Shown here: in pieces, positions 53,734 to 64,000 of the stretch | Layout of the letters: each line of letters begins with the position of its first letter | Position numbering within the stretch: the first letter of the stretch is position 1 | Assembly (NCBI RefSeq): GCF_006345805.1 | Contig: NC_043002.1 | Coordinates: 118,172,001 to 118,236,000, forward strand | Length of the DNA stretch: 64,000 bases | Direction of reading: 5' to 3' | Source: Octopus sinensis | Lineage: Eukaryota | Program-made: the position numbers and the translations under genes | The notes under the pieces: generated by a model | The model's database searches: none | Seen by the model: the letters and a program-made list of their open reading frames with translations, nothing else | What the model was told of the DNA's origin: nothing

Positions 53734-54199
53734 ACAAGAAGGGCTTATTTTATAAAGAAATGTAGAATTAAGAAAATAAAAAAAACAGAAAAAGACAAAA
53801 CCAACAAGATAGTTTAATTCCTCATAGCCAGCTTTATATCCCCCCCCCTCACCTCTGTCATTCTCCTGCCTCTGATACAACAAAAAATTATGGTGACAAA
53901 ATAACTGGATTAAGTTCTATCCAGTTCTATGGATTTGTTACATTTGAAATATATTTAAAAATATATACGTAAAGAAATATCCAGGACTTACTTTCCAGCT
54001 CAGTAAACTGGAAACTGTAATTCAGTAAAGTGAAAAATGCCTTCTGCTTGGTCACAAACAAAATCCAAAAGAATTTGTTGTTTCACAATTATTAATCAAC
54101 TTCATACTATATTTGGGGACATAAGTAAATGTAGGAATACATGTTGTGTATACATATGAATATGTGTGCTACTACTGCTGCTGCCATCGCCACTACTAT

Positions 54200-54410
54200 C
54201 GTCATCATCATCATTTAAGATACATCTTCCGTACAGGCATGAATTCAACAATTTCAGATCTGATAAAAGAGAGGACTGCACTGAGCTCTTATGTCTGCTT
54301 TGGCATGGTTCCTTTGGCTGGATGCCCTTCCTAACATCAACCATTTTACAGTGTTCCAGATGGTTTTTCATGGCACCAGCACTTGTGAAGCCACCATCTT
54401 GATTCACAAA
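54200..54410 (-). mobile_element. RTE 3'-UTR/SINE-like copy
   Basis: (cat)n tail, ggctggatgcccttcctaac motif. Confidence 0.7.
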
Positions 54411-55429
54411 ATTATGAAATACTCTTCAACTGAGTGTAAGTAGAGAGGGAAGGGGGCATTATGCTAAGTACTGAGAGGTTAAAGTATAATAGAGGGATCA
54501 AAAGTAGCACTTTTTGTTTTTGCCGAAGAGGATCATAGCTACCTTGCATTATATAAAGGGTAGGTGGTAGCAAGTGGGATGGAGCTGGAAAGAAAGTAAA
54601 AGATGGTGGTAATGAGGTGTCAGGGCATACCCTTAAGGTACAAGAAGATGAATAAAAGAGAGAGCTGGTAAAGAAGATCTGAAAAGGTGGATGGGTAAAG
54701 TTTACAAGTGAGGGAGGAGAGTGAGAGATGGTTAGAAATGGGATTAGAGGAGAAATGGTGAGCAAGGGTGGAAATGTTGCCAAGGTGATAATAGAAGTAC
54801 AGAAAGGGTGAAGAGCAGCAGAATAAATCTGTAGACAGGGTAAGGATAAGAAAGAAAAAGATTACAGGTTTGGTGAGTGGGTGGATAAAAGATGTATAAG
54901 CATGGGGAGAGAGAGAGAGAGAGAGAGATGTTGAGTGATAGAGATGGAGGAGGTCAGAGTTATGTAAGGGTGAATATGAGTGGTGAACAAAGGTGGGATG
55001 TGGTCAATGAATTAGAGGTGAAAGGTGAATGCATGATGAGGGTGGCTGTTAGCAGAAATTGAAATGGTGTTAAGAATGAAGTATGTCTGCCAAAGAGGTT
55101 GTAGCTCAGGGGAGAGGGAGATATAACTACTAGTACAGAAAGGGTGCTCAGTGGAAAATAAAAGTGGTGAGTGACAATGTTGATGACGAGGGATGGGTGT
55201 TTAAAAGGAAGTGATTCTAGGGAGATAACTTGTGGCAGAGAAGGTAAAATGGAATGTTTAGTTCATTACAACAGAATAATAGAGTGATTGTGGGATGAAA
55301 GAGTGGTGGGGAAGGTTTGACAGGAACAAATAGGGTGCAGAGCCCGGTTTTATGTATACTTAATACTTTTAGAACCATAGTGGTGAGCATAGCATATTAC
55401 CAATCATCTTGGTCATTAAAATCTACTCC

Positions 55430-56060
55430 ATGAGACTCAAATGTCTTACAATTGGCCTTCCCTACCTCATCTCATGTCTTCCTAGGTAGTTTTCTTTCCC
55501 AGGTTCCATCCACATTAAATGATTTGCATTTCTTTATACAGCTGACCTCATCCACATAACCACATAGTCTTCTTTCTTGCACACCACATCTGATTCCGCT
55601 TATGTCCAGTCTTTCTCCCAACACACGTGTACTCCATCATTCACGCATACTGACAATGCACATCTAGCAGAGTATGCTTGCTTTATTTCTTTCTAGTCTT
55701 TAGTTTGTAAGCAACTATCATACAGATTGACTTTCACCCTGAGAGAGAAGCCTTCTGTTATCAACAATGGTAATAGCTCTCTGAACTTTCTCTCGCCAGG
55801 CTATTATACTCTCAGAGCATCCGCCTTCACTGCTAATTATGTCAGATAGCAGATGGATCTTATTGGCAATTTGATAATATCTATTTCCTGTGTGTGTTTT
55901 AGTGTTTATTGCTCCAGCACATAAGCTCATACAAAGTCTACTAAATCTGTTAAACTGCCTATGATTCTCTACACCTTGTGTGTCCTTAGCTTGAGGAGAA
56001 TAGAACCCTGCCAGTTTTCTTGCTTACGTAAATTTGGTCTTTGCTAAGTCAACTAATATA
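55430..56060 (-). mobile_element. Degenerate RTE fragment
   Basis: IISSEGGCSESIIAWREK..LLSQG..; decayed LKTRKK*SKHTL..VQERRL..GKRKLPRKT. Confidence 0.65.
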
Positions 56061-57523
56061 AATGAAATCATTTGAAATAAATATTTATGTATAGCACATT
56101 AATGAATCTTACATAAATATTATATAAATAACAAAGGAAGTTATTATCTAAATTTAGTACATTAGGATTAAATGTTTTTAATTTTCTCTCCATTACATAC
56201 TTCCATAGGAACTAAGCATTCAAAAATGTCCAGTTTGAATCTATATTTTTCTTAAATATTAGCTTCACTGCCATCTACTTTGGCAAACTTGATAAACAGC
56301 AAAGTTGATAGTCCTTTAACCTCAGGCTAGACTTCACTGAGATGACATGCTACTAATAGCAGCAGAAGTAATTCTCTTTATATAACATTAGTCCAGTTAT
56401 ATAATGCAATGAAAATCAAAATAATTCAAATCTATTTTCACAGTGCTTATGTAGGATCTAGATTTGTCTGAATACTCAGACTAAGAAAACAACCTGTAAG
56501 CCATACAAAAGTTGAGTAACAGACTATTTAGCAGATGTTTATATGCTTTCTTTTGATTCATATTCCAACAAAAATATTTGTTTATTTTTATTGCTTTCAG
56601 TCATTTGAGTGTAGCCGTGCAGGGACCATTTGGTAAGGAGGATGAAAGAAAAACAAAACAGCACACAAAACACAACATGAACCAACAACAAACATAGAAA
56701 AAAAGTTAAGAATTGGAAAACTAAACACTTTTGATACACAGAATTATAATGTCAACAATGCTGAAACTAAACTAGCAATGCATTGTGCACAATTGCAGCT
56801 CAGAAGAAATAAATTCCCTCTCCAAAAGTCCAGATCTATTTTGGAAGAATTACATTTATAATATCCATCTACCTAACAACATCACTAAAGAGGGAACCTC
56901 AACATGGTCACTCGAGTTACAAAAGATAGCAGCTAAATCTCCCTTAATCACATACTGCATAATACAACCCTAGATACACTGTATCTAAAAAAAATGAGAT
57001 GGTAGAAGTTGGAATGTTTTTGTTTATTTTATCATACATCTAATCAAAATCAACATGAGACACCAACATAAATTATAAGAAAGGATTTTTGAAGAATGTT
57101 TTAACTTGAACCACTACTGATTCTAATAGCTGAAATTATTTAGTTTCAAAGAAGATAAAAGGAGAATAAATAGTTATTGAGTTCAAGACCTGAATTTGTA
57201 TATATTTACATAATTAACAAAAGCTCAAGCATCGACCATGGTACATTGCAATCATCATCATTCACAAATTAAAAGCTATTGGAAAAGCAACACTGACTTA
57301 ATATTTAAAAGGAAATATAGTCTTTTAACCAATTATTTCATGGTATATCATCAACAATTTTACAGGTACTACTAATATCTTTGATGTTAACTGCAGGAAG
57401 TTCAATAGCAGAACAGCTTAAGCATCTAGAATATAAACACTCTGTTATATCTTCTTCTGTTATGAAAAACAAATTAGTATGGTAACCGAGTATTTTAAGT
57501 ACTTTTATTATTTGACTAGAACA

Positions 57524-57738
57524 TTAACTCTTTAGCATTCAGATTACTCTGTCAAATGCCTATTTGCATCGTCTTGAATTAATCATGCATTATCTCATAG
57601 CTTTGCAATTTTGATGATGTGATTGCTTATTTTTAGAATGATATTGTATGTTCAAACCAGCCAGATCTGGCTAGTTTGAACATAAAACAGGTACGACATC
57701 TGGGCTGGATAAGGCTGGTTTAAATGTAAAAGGGTTAA
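57524..57738. mobile_element. piggyBac-type MITE, family 1 (inverted relative to the 13046 copy)
   Basis: TTAA-CTCTTTAGCATT ... AATGTAAAAGGG-TTAA; interior is the reverse complement of the 13046 copy; internal palindrome TATGTTCAAAC..GTTTGAACATA. Confidence 0.8.
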
Positions 57739-57786
57739 GTAATTTTAGAAATATTATTTTGATAATTGTTATTTAATTTAACTTAC

Positions 57787-57845
57787 TTCAAAATTCAATT
57801 CATCATCAGACACATCTGACCAACTCCTTTTTATAAGATTGTTAC
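57787..57845 (-). CDS. RAB11FIP4: Rab11-FIP3/4-like exon B
   Basis: tttag|...|gtaagt; 59 nt, phase 1 to 0; (G)NNLIKRSWSDVSDDELNFE, in frame with both neighbours. Confidence 0.8.
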
Positions 57846-58972
57846 CTAAAAGAATAAGAAATGAAACCTTCAACTTTATCCTTGAAACACAAATTTACCA
57901 AATTATTTGATAAAATTATAACGTAAACATTTTGTAGTTTGTAAAAGATTACACAGCAGCTCTATCTTCAGTTTGTTTGGAGGTATATAGCCTCTCAAAT
58001 TTTCAATAAAATTTACCTAGTATGAGAGGAGGAAGAAAGAGGACAAGCTCACAACTGTGTACATGTATGTGCACAATAGTGAGTTAGCTCTCTCTCTCTC
58101 TCTCTCTGTTTGCACACATGTGTATTTAGGAGTGCATGTGTGTGTGTGTGTGTGTGTGTGTAAGTTGTTTTGTTCTTCCAAAAATATATGGAAAACAATG
58201 TACATTTAAACAGTAGATTTGTAGTGTTTTAACTTATTTCTAAATAAGGGTCTATCCATATATTTTCTGAACAATAACAATTACTAGTTATTCAATATTA
58301 ACAATTTCTAGACATTCAACGTTTATTTAATGTAGGAAGGTATATACTGTTCACATACTACTGTTCTATGTTATCTTTTTTGCTATATATGTACAGTAAT
58401 GTATTGCTCCTTTACTTTTGACAAATGGCAAAAGTAAAATATTGGAGCTTTGTTTATTTTTCAATGCTTACTTTTGATTTTATATTAAAAAAAAGATAAT
58501 AATCAAATGGTTTTATCCCTATCATTCTTCTCTATCCAGTTATCATGCGTGCATTAGAGAAGTGTACATAGTCCATTTTGTGAGGACTGTACATCTGAAC
58601 AATATATAAACATTCAAATATTTACAACTCTCATGAGAAACTAAATTTGCACAAAATATCGATTGGCCTTCTTAAAATTTTCTTCTTCCTCTCTGCTGCA
58701 GCTTTTGACAGGTTTTTAACAATTGCTTTATATTACACAGTAACTTATAATTTCATATTGAAACTACTATATAGAGGGTTTTATTTGAGGATTTTTTTTT
58801 TTTTTTTCAGTTGTAGTTTTACCAAATTTCTATATGCTACAGTTTTCAGGGATGGAGGTGGTGGTGGGGCGGTGCTATTCTTAGTTTTAGTTCTTTACTA
58901 ATATCTTGATATTTTGCTAGATATATGGTTCAATAAACCTCTGTGTTTCATGATTGTTTTTAATATCGACAA

Positions 58973-59694
58973 ATTAATTAAAGATGTGTGTGGTCATTCT
59001 AATACATATTTAATAACATAACAGGTTCTGAAGATGTATAATGAAGTAAGGTGTAGAGGAGTTTTAATGCAGATAACTTTAGTGCAGGTGAGAGAGAGAG
59101 AGAGAGAGAGAGAATGTGTGTGTGTGTATGTGATTTCCATTGGCTGAGCTAATATGTCGTTCTAGTAAGTAGAGATTTATTACTGGCTTATTTTTCTTCA
59201 TATGATATTCTGTCTTGAATAGTCACCAGTTCTTTTCTGTTTGTCCTTTGCAAACATTTATTTCACCAAATGCAAATTTAACATCATTTGTGAATTCTGA
59301 TGACAAACACAGATGAGCACTGCATCCTTCAAAACTTCCATGCTTCCTGAGACCCGCCAACACTACACCTGATTTTCTCCCCTCCATACACACGCAAGCA
59401 TCTATCTGACTCCTGCATTGTTCGCTTTCCAGACATTTGTACATTACTGCATGTACTCTGACAAGTTGTGGTGCACCTGAGCACTGTATACAATAATTTC
59501 ATTAAAAAGGAAAAACATTGAAGAAAGTACTGAACTTATTGTTTGATTACAGAGCTGCCTCTTGAATGGTATTTTAACGATTCAAGTTTTAAACAGTACT
59601 TCTCAATGCTTCAAAATACAGCAGCACACATATGATCATTAATTAAAGATGTGTGTGGTCATTCTAATACATATTTAATAACATAACAGGTTCT
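58973..59694. repeat. Perfect 57-bp direct repeat (58973-59029 and 59638-59694)
   Basis: ATTAATTAAAGATGTGTGTGGTCATTCTAATACATATTTAATAACATAACAGGTTCT occurs twice, 665 bp apart. Confidence 0.95.
59313..59505 (+). mobile_element. Probable LINE 3' end (CR1/L2-like)
   Basis: STASFKTSMLPETRQHYT* followed by a GC-richer UTR ending tatacaataatttcatta. Confidence 0.4.
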
Positions 59695-59879
59695 CTCTCT
59701 CTTTCTCCTCCTCCTCCTCTTGTTTTTCCTCTCAGCACACCTGTTTCTTTCCTCTTTCTTGTATCTCTCTCTCTCTTCCTCTCACTTTTTCTTTCTTCTC
59801 TCTTTCTCTCTGTCACTAATCTTTTCGCTTCTGACACAAGTTCCCCTCCTCAAATGCTCCTGCCCCTCTCACAATTCCT

Positions 59880-60203
59880 TGTCTTGCGAGTTACTTGGTG
59901 ATGCGGCCAGTGCTGGTGCCATGTTAAAAGCATTCTGTTCACATTGTAAAGTGGTTGGCATTTGGAAGGGCATCCAGCTGTAAAAATCATGCCAAAACTA
60001 ACCTTGCCTTTGTTAGTGCCTTGTAAAAAGCACTGAGTCCACTCTGCAGAGTGGTTGGTGTTAGGAAGGGCATCCAGTCATAAAAACCCTGCCAAAACAG
60101 GCACAGTAGCTTAGGGTAGTTTTTCTACTTGGCCAACTCCTGTGAACCATCCTGCCCATGCATGCATGGAAGACGAACATTAAATGATGATGATAATAAT
60201 GAT
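59880..60203 (+). mobile_element. RTE-tail SINE-like copy with internal ~90-bp duplication
   Basis: Two copies of gtggttgg..ggaagggcatccag..aaaa..tgccaaaac, ending catgcatggaagacgaacattaaa(tga)n. Confidence 0.75.
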
Positions 60204-60654
60204 AGTGTTGATGTGCATGTTATTAATGCAATCAGTTGTCTGCCAGACCACAAGGGCTTCATGGAGAATACTTAATTAGCTCAGGTTTTATTGTATGAAG
60301 TACAGGAAAGAAATCACCATTAGAAGGGACACTAGTCTCAATAGAGTATAACATTCAGGCAATGAATAAAAAGAATGTTTTCTTGGAGGGTAACTGAAGG
60401 AAAGTGTATCTTCATCTGAAGAATAGTCTGTTGCTCAAATAACTCCTTGTAGAGAATAGGATGATTGTATTCCAAGATGAATGAAGTCAATGTTAGCCAA
60501 CAGCATTCACACAGTGGTATTGAAACTTTAAGCATGTGGTTCTGAAGCAAATTTCTTAGTAACACAGCCATGCCTGCACTTATATATATTATACACACAT
60601 GCTTTTCTTTGACTAATTTTTTCCTTCTCTCCAGACCTTTCATCTCTCCTCTTT

Positions 60655-60682
60655 CTGATGAAGAGCCATGCTTGAAATGTTA
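60655..60682 (+). ncRNA. Degenerate minimal hammerhead core (probably inactive) in a TA-adjacent repeat remnant
   Basis: CTGATGA-A-GAGC-CAT-GCTT-GAAA-TGTTA; restoring two CpG>TpG changes gives CTGATGAAGAGC..GCTCGAAACGTTA, the minimal Penelope-type layout; stem I is not intact. Confidence 0.4.
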
Positions 60683-60989
60683 CTTCTCCACTCTTTTTCC
60701 ATCTTGAACTGAGTGTTAACATAATACTTTCACTGTGTATGTCCTTTTGACTTTTGTTGTTTTTGCTTTTATTTTTGATTTGCCTTATATATATATATAT
60801 ATATATATGTTGATAAAAAGGTAAGACAACAAAAGAAAGAAAGAGACCTTGATATTATGTAAATAGAGGAATTTATCTGTAAATATAATATGTGACAATT
60901 ATTCGGTAGCCATGATAAATATATCCATGGTAATTAAGAGCTTAATAATACATCATAAACCAATATTAAAAGCTGCAAAAATCCCTTAC

Positions 60990-61089
60990 CTTGTAATGAT
61001 AATATCCGTTGTACACCTTGACAGAAGTCACTAAAGTTAATTTTGCCCTTTTTCTCAGGATCTAAGAATTGAATAATTCCATGTAATTC
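60990..61089 (-). CDS. RAB11FIP4: Rab11-FIP3/4-like exon A (EF-hand), first exon visible in the window
   Basis: ttttcag|...|gtaagg; 100 nt, phase 0 to 1; ELHGIIQFLDPEKKGKINFSDFCQGVQRILSLQ has an EF-hand loop resembling the FIP4 LDPxxxGxINFxDFCxGV segment. FIP3 vs FIP4 orthology cannot be resolved for an invertebrate. Confidence 0.9.
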
Positions 61090-63469
61090 CTGAAAAATAT
61101 AATTTTGTATATACTAATTCAGTGAAAAAATACTTTATTATTATTATTATTATTATTATTATTTAATTTATTTAAATTATTCTGAGTAAATGAAGCAATG
61201 TCAATTGTCTCAAAAGACTTGACTAATTTCAAATGTTGATAATGTTGTAATATTTGAAACAGAAAAAGAACAGTTTGACAGTGAACCAGATAAAGAGTGT
61301 TGATATGCATAGTTAGGAAGGTCTGGATGTATATACAAGCTATTTTGTTCCAAACATAAGCTGTATGCCAAATTGGGAAACATTGTAGAAAAAAATGTAC
61401 AAAAAGACAGATACACTTTCAAGGATACCAATAAGTTTAATACATTCCTAATTAATAAAAAAAAAAACCCATCACACTTGCATTACATTTTGTTATTCTA
61501 TTAATAATCTACAATAATACTTCCCTGGGTACATGTAACCACTAAACAAAATGAAATTTTAAATTATCAGCATAAAAATTCATTTCTTCAAAATTCTTCT
61601 TTCAAATGTTTTCCCATTCTTTTTAATATTGTCATTAAATCTTTAAGGCCTGACATATCTGGTTCTTTTAGAAGATTTCCATCTCAAACACTTGTTTATA
61701 TCACTCAACTTCATATCTAAAATGCTAAACTTAGACTACCAATTAAATTATGCCAGAATCATTAGCTATAATAAGTAGAGAACTGTGTCCTATACTCTTC
61801 AACATACAAATTTACTTCAACATATAAATGGTTTCAATATATGTGGCCATACAGAAGCATCTGCATGTCATTTTACATCTCTGACTAAATTAAAAAAGTG
61901 AAAATAGATTTATGTGCTACTCAAAGAACAAAGGATAAAAGTTGCAACATCAGAAATAAGAATTTTCTTTCTTAATAAATTCAAGATTATAGACAAACCT
62001 ATTTATCCTGCAAGAGATAAATCAAACTTGTTATAGTGGGCTAACACATAATTATCAACCAAATGGTAAATTACTCCTATAGTTATGATTTGCAGAAGGA
62101 ATAAAGAAATTCCTAACCTTTAATTCGACTCAAGTTCTTGTTTATTTCACTGTAGTTTCCAGCACTAAAACTTATGATTCTCTCTATTCTTCAATATCAT
62201 TCCCAAATCATCAGAAGATACAAACATTTCAGAACAAATGTGCTCATGCTATTTCTAAGGTTCTTTTCAAAAGAAGTACACTTCAACAGAGGTTAAAAAT
62301 CATCCTGATTTTTAAGAGTGTCAACTTCTGGGCCTCTTATTTGACTGACTTTTCCTAATATATATTCCTAGAAACTGTTATAATAATTATTAGCAGTATT
62401 CATTGAAGAAATATATATATATAAAACATTACAGGTAGTGGTAAATTATTGCATATTCTAAGTTTCCAATCATCATAAACATTAAATAAAAGCTAAAAAA
62501 TTTTAATTGGCTATGTATATTATTTTCTGGACATTGATTTTGGAATGACTAAGTAGTAAATATACAATGTAAATGTTTGACAATCAACATCATAGTCATC
62601 CTGTATTTTGTTTACTAATCTCAAGAGTTACTAAACCCATACACTTTGCCATCCAATCACTCTAAAAAAAGTCTCTATAAATTATAAATTGATCTTTTTC
62701 CACTAACAGGTCTATACAAAACTGTATATAAGTTGTAAACAATTAGTCTACAATAAACATAATAGTCAACAATTGGCTTTGGGTGGCCATACAATCTAGT
62801 CATAACAGACATCAAGTCACAAGCATATCCCATTAGAGACGGACAAAATAGATATTTCAATGCAAGATTGCACATCTGAAATATGTTAGTCAACATATAT
62901 AAAACAGGAGGCTTTAAAAACTTTGTTTCAGAATAAATGTTGTTTATAAAGTGTCATCAGACATAACAATAGAGGTGATACAATTCTTAAGTATCAAGAA
63001 AATCATTTTCCTTCATTATCAAAAACAAACTTACTAAATAAGATGGCAGTAAAAGTAAGTGCAGGTATGATGGTGTGGTTAAAGCTGGTTTCCCAACCAT
63101 GTTATTCTGAGTTTGATCCCACTGTGTGGTACCTTGGCTATGTATAACTTTACCAACTCAGCTTATTTCATTTTCTGTCTCTCATTTGCTTCTTCAATAC
63201 AAATGGAAAGTTTTAACAGAACCATCTGCTTGGCCACTGCCATCAAGCAGAGAAAGAGGTTATCTCATCCCTGCTCCTATGGCATCCTGCTGGAAGTGTT
63301 TTCTCCAGGAAACTGACATTTCTAGATACTGTATCTCGGGACTCAGGGCTGGATATTAGAGATCGAAACACAGCAATGCAGGAAGGGGAAGGGGATTGCC
63401 AATGGAGTTCTGACCAACCATAAGTTGGTTGAAGGATGATGATGATGAATGGTATTAACATAAGAGTTT

Positions 63470-64000
63470 CTAGGAACTTCAACTGCTTCACCAGGTCAAC
63501 TTTCAGCTCTTAGTCTTGCACCATTGTAAATAAACCTAAGAAGGTGGACATGGCAGCTAGTGCCATTTTCACACAAGCCTTGACAAAAGTGTATTTTTCA
63601 TTGGGTAAAGGTACTAGTAATGGCTAATCCCACCATGGATGATGTCTGCTATACCCTTCAGAAACTGATTATGCCTCAAGTGGTAGCACTCCTTGCCCAC
63701 AACTTCCAAATAGTTATTACAGATGTGCTCCATGGATCCTCTCACTAGTCACAAGCGGCAAGCTGATGATCCCCACCTTTCTTCAACATTAGTTGAATGA
63801 GTTCAGTAGGATGTCATAAAACTCTTGGATAAAGAATTTTATCCTGTGGGGCTCTGCTTGCCAAAACTCAGGCCATGAGACTTTGAATGCCATTGCTTGC
63901 TCCCATCTTAACCAATCTCTCTGATGCTGTATCCCAGCTCACTTGCACGCTAGATTCTTCTCAGTCAATGACTGCATCTTGCCATAGTGTGGTTTTGTAC
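63470..64000 (-). mobile_element. Remnant of a restriction-like-endonuclease non-LTR retrotransposon (HERO/NeSL-like)
   Basis: Decayed EPHRIKFFIQ..YDIL, AC.LC..RGSMEHI...C..G.G.Y..RHNQFLKGIADII (CCHC knuckle plus RHN) and D*ELKVDLVKQLKF. Confidence 0.55.

Noticed and set aside
54410-55330. Long purine-rich stretch with a Pro/Ser/Phe-rich antisense ORF
   Set aside because: Compositional bias attached to the adjacent retroelement tail; no coding signature.

Overview
AT-rich animal genomic DNA. The repeat families and composition suggest a cephalopod such as Octopus (inference). The whole window lies inside one minus-strand gene of the Rab11 family-interacting protein class II (RAB11FIP3/4, nuf-like). 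I assembled 13 internal GT-AG exons by hand (61089 to 5202; 1281 nt, 427 aa). All phases match and there is no stop: EF-hand, acidic linker, then long coiled coil. I found neither the start exon nor the C-terminal Rab11-binding domain, so both probably lie outside the window. The introns contain a full-length but decayed DD34D mariner, a Tc1/mariner deletion derivative, three TTAA piggyBac-type MITEs, a non-autonomous Helitron, a young 5'-truncated RTE LINE with an 18-bp VNTR, older LINE remnants, several tRNA-derived SINE families (two head-to-tail clusters) and microsatellites. The most notable unannotated element is a nearly canonical type I hammerhead ribozyme (4681-4766, + strand) in a ~115-bp cassette flanked on both sides by (TA)n. 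A second, CpG-decayed minimal hammerhead core lies at 60655-60682. Most ORFs in the supplied track are spurious.
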